A stretch of 61,846 bases of DNA, filler included, from Globobulimina sp. (Eukaryota): assembly GCA_003354225.1 (NCBI GenBank). It is 18 parts of 18 records of this genome, joined end to end, with 100 filler letters (N's around TTAATTAATTAA, not from the genome) between each part and the next. Parts side by side here need not be neighbours in the genome. Positions count along the whole stretch, not along the records: positions 58,508 to 61,846 come from PIVH01003035.1; 17 more parts are not named here. The stretch is one strand, 5' to 3'. The notes beneath the pieces are model-generated. The model worked only from the letters and a program-made list of their open reading frames with translations, searched no databases and was not told the DNA's origin. Every line of letters begins with the position of its first letter. Within the stretch, counting starts at the first letter, position 1. The translations under genes and the position numbers were made by a program. Below, in pieces: positions 59,774 to 61,846 of this stretch.

Positions 59774-61756
59774 TCATCTGTCCGTATTTAACATTGGCAT
59801 GCCACCATCTGTCATTCCACTATATATCTGAGAAATAAATGGTATCCATATAGTTTCCAGCTCCTTTCTCTTAGAATCAAATTCTTCCATTCCAGCATTT
59901 GGATTTGCATCAACCCAATCTATGCTATCTTTCACTGCATCAAACATTCTCCGACACTCTTTATCATTGATTGCATTCCTAATTCGTTCCTCATTCATTG
60001 AGTTTCGCATTTTATAAACAAAATTTTCCAATTCATTTTTAGCAGACATTTTCCTCCTTTGAACTGCTTCTTTTTTCTCCCAAATCATAACCTCATCAAC
60101 CATTTCTTGAATTTGTTTCTCAGTCAAGCCAACAGTTTTAGATTCAAGTTTTATTGCAGAAATGCCAAAATCTGACAATATTTTACGAAGTGCACCCATC
60201 TCAATAATAATACATTTAATACTTTCCGGTATGTACAGCAAAGATTTCATCTTTCGAACATACCCATCCATAACCATCGAACTTAAAATAGCATCACAAT
60301 TTGCAGAAATAGATAACATTCCACTGTCATCAATACAAAACACAACATCCACCACAGAACCTTTAGGTGCTGCAGGTATCTCACTCAGTCGATATTCACC
60401 AAACAGATGTTCATCATTATTTGTCTGGTCCTCACTTGCAAAAACCTTAAAGGGAGCAAAAAAACTTTGATTATCTCTCATCGTTTTAAATGGTTTGATC
60501 ACAGTACAAGGAATGTGCATTCTGCGGCTGATAACCTCTTGTGTTGCTACATCAGCAGTCATCATAGAAACAGGAGTCACTGTAATGTCATTTATGGTAT
60601 GTTTATGCGTATGTCGTAGTGCTGCACCTCGTGCCACACCTTCATCCACATTAATGCTCCGATTTATATCTGTGATTTTCGTGCCAACAAAATATCTCCC
60701 AACTAGCTGTTGAAAAAATGCGGCTCTGCACAATCCACCAACCACTAAAACATCATCAATCTCAGATTTCAATATTCCTGCTTCATCCAATGCTGTTTGA
60801 ATGTAATTAACACAGATTTCAAATGTTTCCCCACATAATGCCTCATATTTGGCCTTGCTCAGAAACCAACAAACATCGATATTGTTGTATAAAGAATCAA
60901 TTTCCACACAAGCTCTGACAGTATGAGACAATGTGCGTTTTACTCGCTCGCAGGCGGTCTTTAATCGTCTCATTGCTCTGTCGGAAACTCTTAAATCCAT
61001 TTTGTGTTTTCTTTGGAATGTATCGGCAAAATAATTCACCAAAATAGTCTCAATATCATCCGATCCCAGATCTGTGTTACCTGCAGTCGCAATTGCTGTG
61101 ATGGCAGTTTTGTCGATTTGAATTACAGAAACATTGCACATTCCGGCACCGAAATCTATGACAACTACAATGCCGACAAAGCTATAGTTTGTATCATGTG
61201 CATAGGTCATTGCAACAGCTGTTGTTGAATTGATAAGTTGGACTGCAGTCAATCCTGATATTTGTGCTGCGTCCATAATGGATTGACGTTGTGAGTAATT
61301 GAAATTGGGTGGAACTGCAATGACACAAAGCAGTGGTTTATGACCAACATATTGATAAGCCATAGTTTGTAGATATGATAGTATCATCGCTGCGATTTGT
61401 TCCGGATAAAATGTTTTTATTTCTTGGTTTATTGTAAGTTGATATAATGGAGTATTTTGTGGTGATTTGATTATATTAATTGGCACTGATTTAATGTGTT
61501 TTTGCACGGCTGGATCGCTATATTTTCTACCCATTATTCTTTTGGTGTTAAATGGTGTATTTTTTGCATTTCGTGAGGACATTGCTTTCGCGGCAGAGCC
61601 AACCAATCGCTCATTATCACAAAACGAAACGAATGATGGTGTTGTCCTTTCTCCCATGTCGTTTGCTATGATTTCAACAAATTGATCAATTACACGTACA
61701 CTTCCAACGCAACAATATGCGGTCCCGAAATCGATTGCAAAAGATCTAGACGACAT
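59774..61756 (-). CDS. Highly divergent cytosolic-type Hsp70
   Basis: IDFGT, IIANDMGERTTPS, RRLKTACERVKRTLS and AKNELENF; catalytic motifs altered; no EEVD. Confidence 0.92.
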   Translation of the reverse strand: MSSRSFAIDFGTAYCCVGSVRVIDQFVEIIANDMGERTTPSFVSFCDNERLVGSAAKAMSSRNAKNTPFNTKRIMGRKYSDPAVQKHIKSVPINIIKSPQNTPLYQLTINQEIKTFYPEQIAAMILSYLQTMAYQYVGHKPLLCVIAVPPNFNYSQRQSIMDAAQISGLTAVQLINSTTAVAMTYAHDTNYSFVGIVVVIDFGAGMCNVSVIQIDKTAITAIATAGNTDLGSDDIETILVNYFADTFQRKHKMDLRVSDRAMRRLKTACERVKRTLSHTVRACVEIDSLYNNIDVCWFLSKAKYEALCGETFEICVNYIQTALDEAGILKSEIDDVLVVGGLCRAAFFQQLVGRYFVGTKITDINRSINVDEGVARGAALRHTHKHTINDITVTPVSMMTADVATQEVISRRMHIPCTVIKPFKTMRDNQSFFAPFKVFASEDQTNNDEHLFGEYRLSEIPAAPKGSVVDVVFCIDDSGMLSISANCDAILSSMVMDGYVRKMKSLLYIPESIKCIIIEMGALRKILSDFGISAIKLESKTVGLTEKQIQEMVDEVMIWEKKEAVQRRKMSAKNELENFVYKMRNSMNEERIRNAINDKECRRMFDAVKDSIDWVDANPNAGMEEFDSKRKELETIWIPFISQIYSGMTDGGMPMLNTDR

Positions 61757-61846
61757 TGCAATTTTACTTTCAAAATCTCAGTGACCTCACAAAATGGCAC
61801 GAATCCTTGCACAAATGTTATTTATGAAGATCGAGAATTTTAAATC

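Noticed and set aside
1-61846. A multi-gene system or cluster spanning the window (e.g. two Hsp70-like genes, caspase, SAM proteins)
   Set aside because: The genes lie on contigs adjacent only because of length sorting; only within-contig linkage is meaningful.

Overview
This window is not one locus. It is 18 unrelated contigs of 3344 down to 3339 bp, sorted by length and joined by 17 artificial 100-nt linkers (N44-TTAATTAATTAA-N44), so no gene neighbourhood can be read across a linker. Most DNA is AT-rich and eukaryotic, with mostly short (about 40-90 nt) GT-AG introns and gene content suggesting a foraminifer-like rhizarian protist (my inference). Recognisable genes include class I aldolase, CFAP45, a kinesin-3-like tail, UTP13/TBL3, RTEL1-like helicase, CENP-X, IMPAD1-like phosphatase, SLC44 and SLC12 transporters, an aquaporin, a heme peroxidase, RCC1, SAM, 7TM, caspase-like and Hsp70-like proteins. 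Two contigs join bacterial-looking DNA (LysM protein, acyltransferase-3) to eukaryotic genes, and one has a fold-back, which fits amplification chimeras. The best candidates for new biology are: a complete CFAP45 gene nested antisense in a 1.6-kb intron of a kinesin-3-like gene; a recurring ~30-aa 'LLxxGY...P..I..FY' module grafted onto unrelated proteins, including a degenerate Hsp70; vWA-HSPA12 and Nup214-MIR fusions; a membrane-anchored caspase-like protein; and several small palindromic repeat families. All calls rest on motif recognition by eye; no searches were run.
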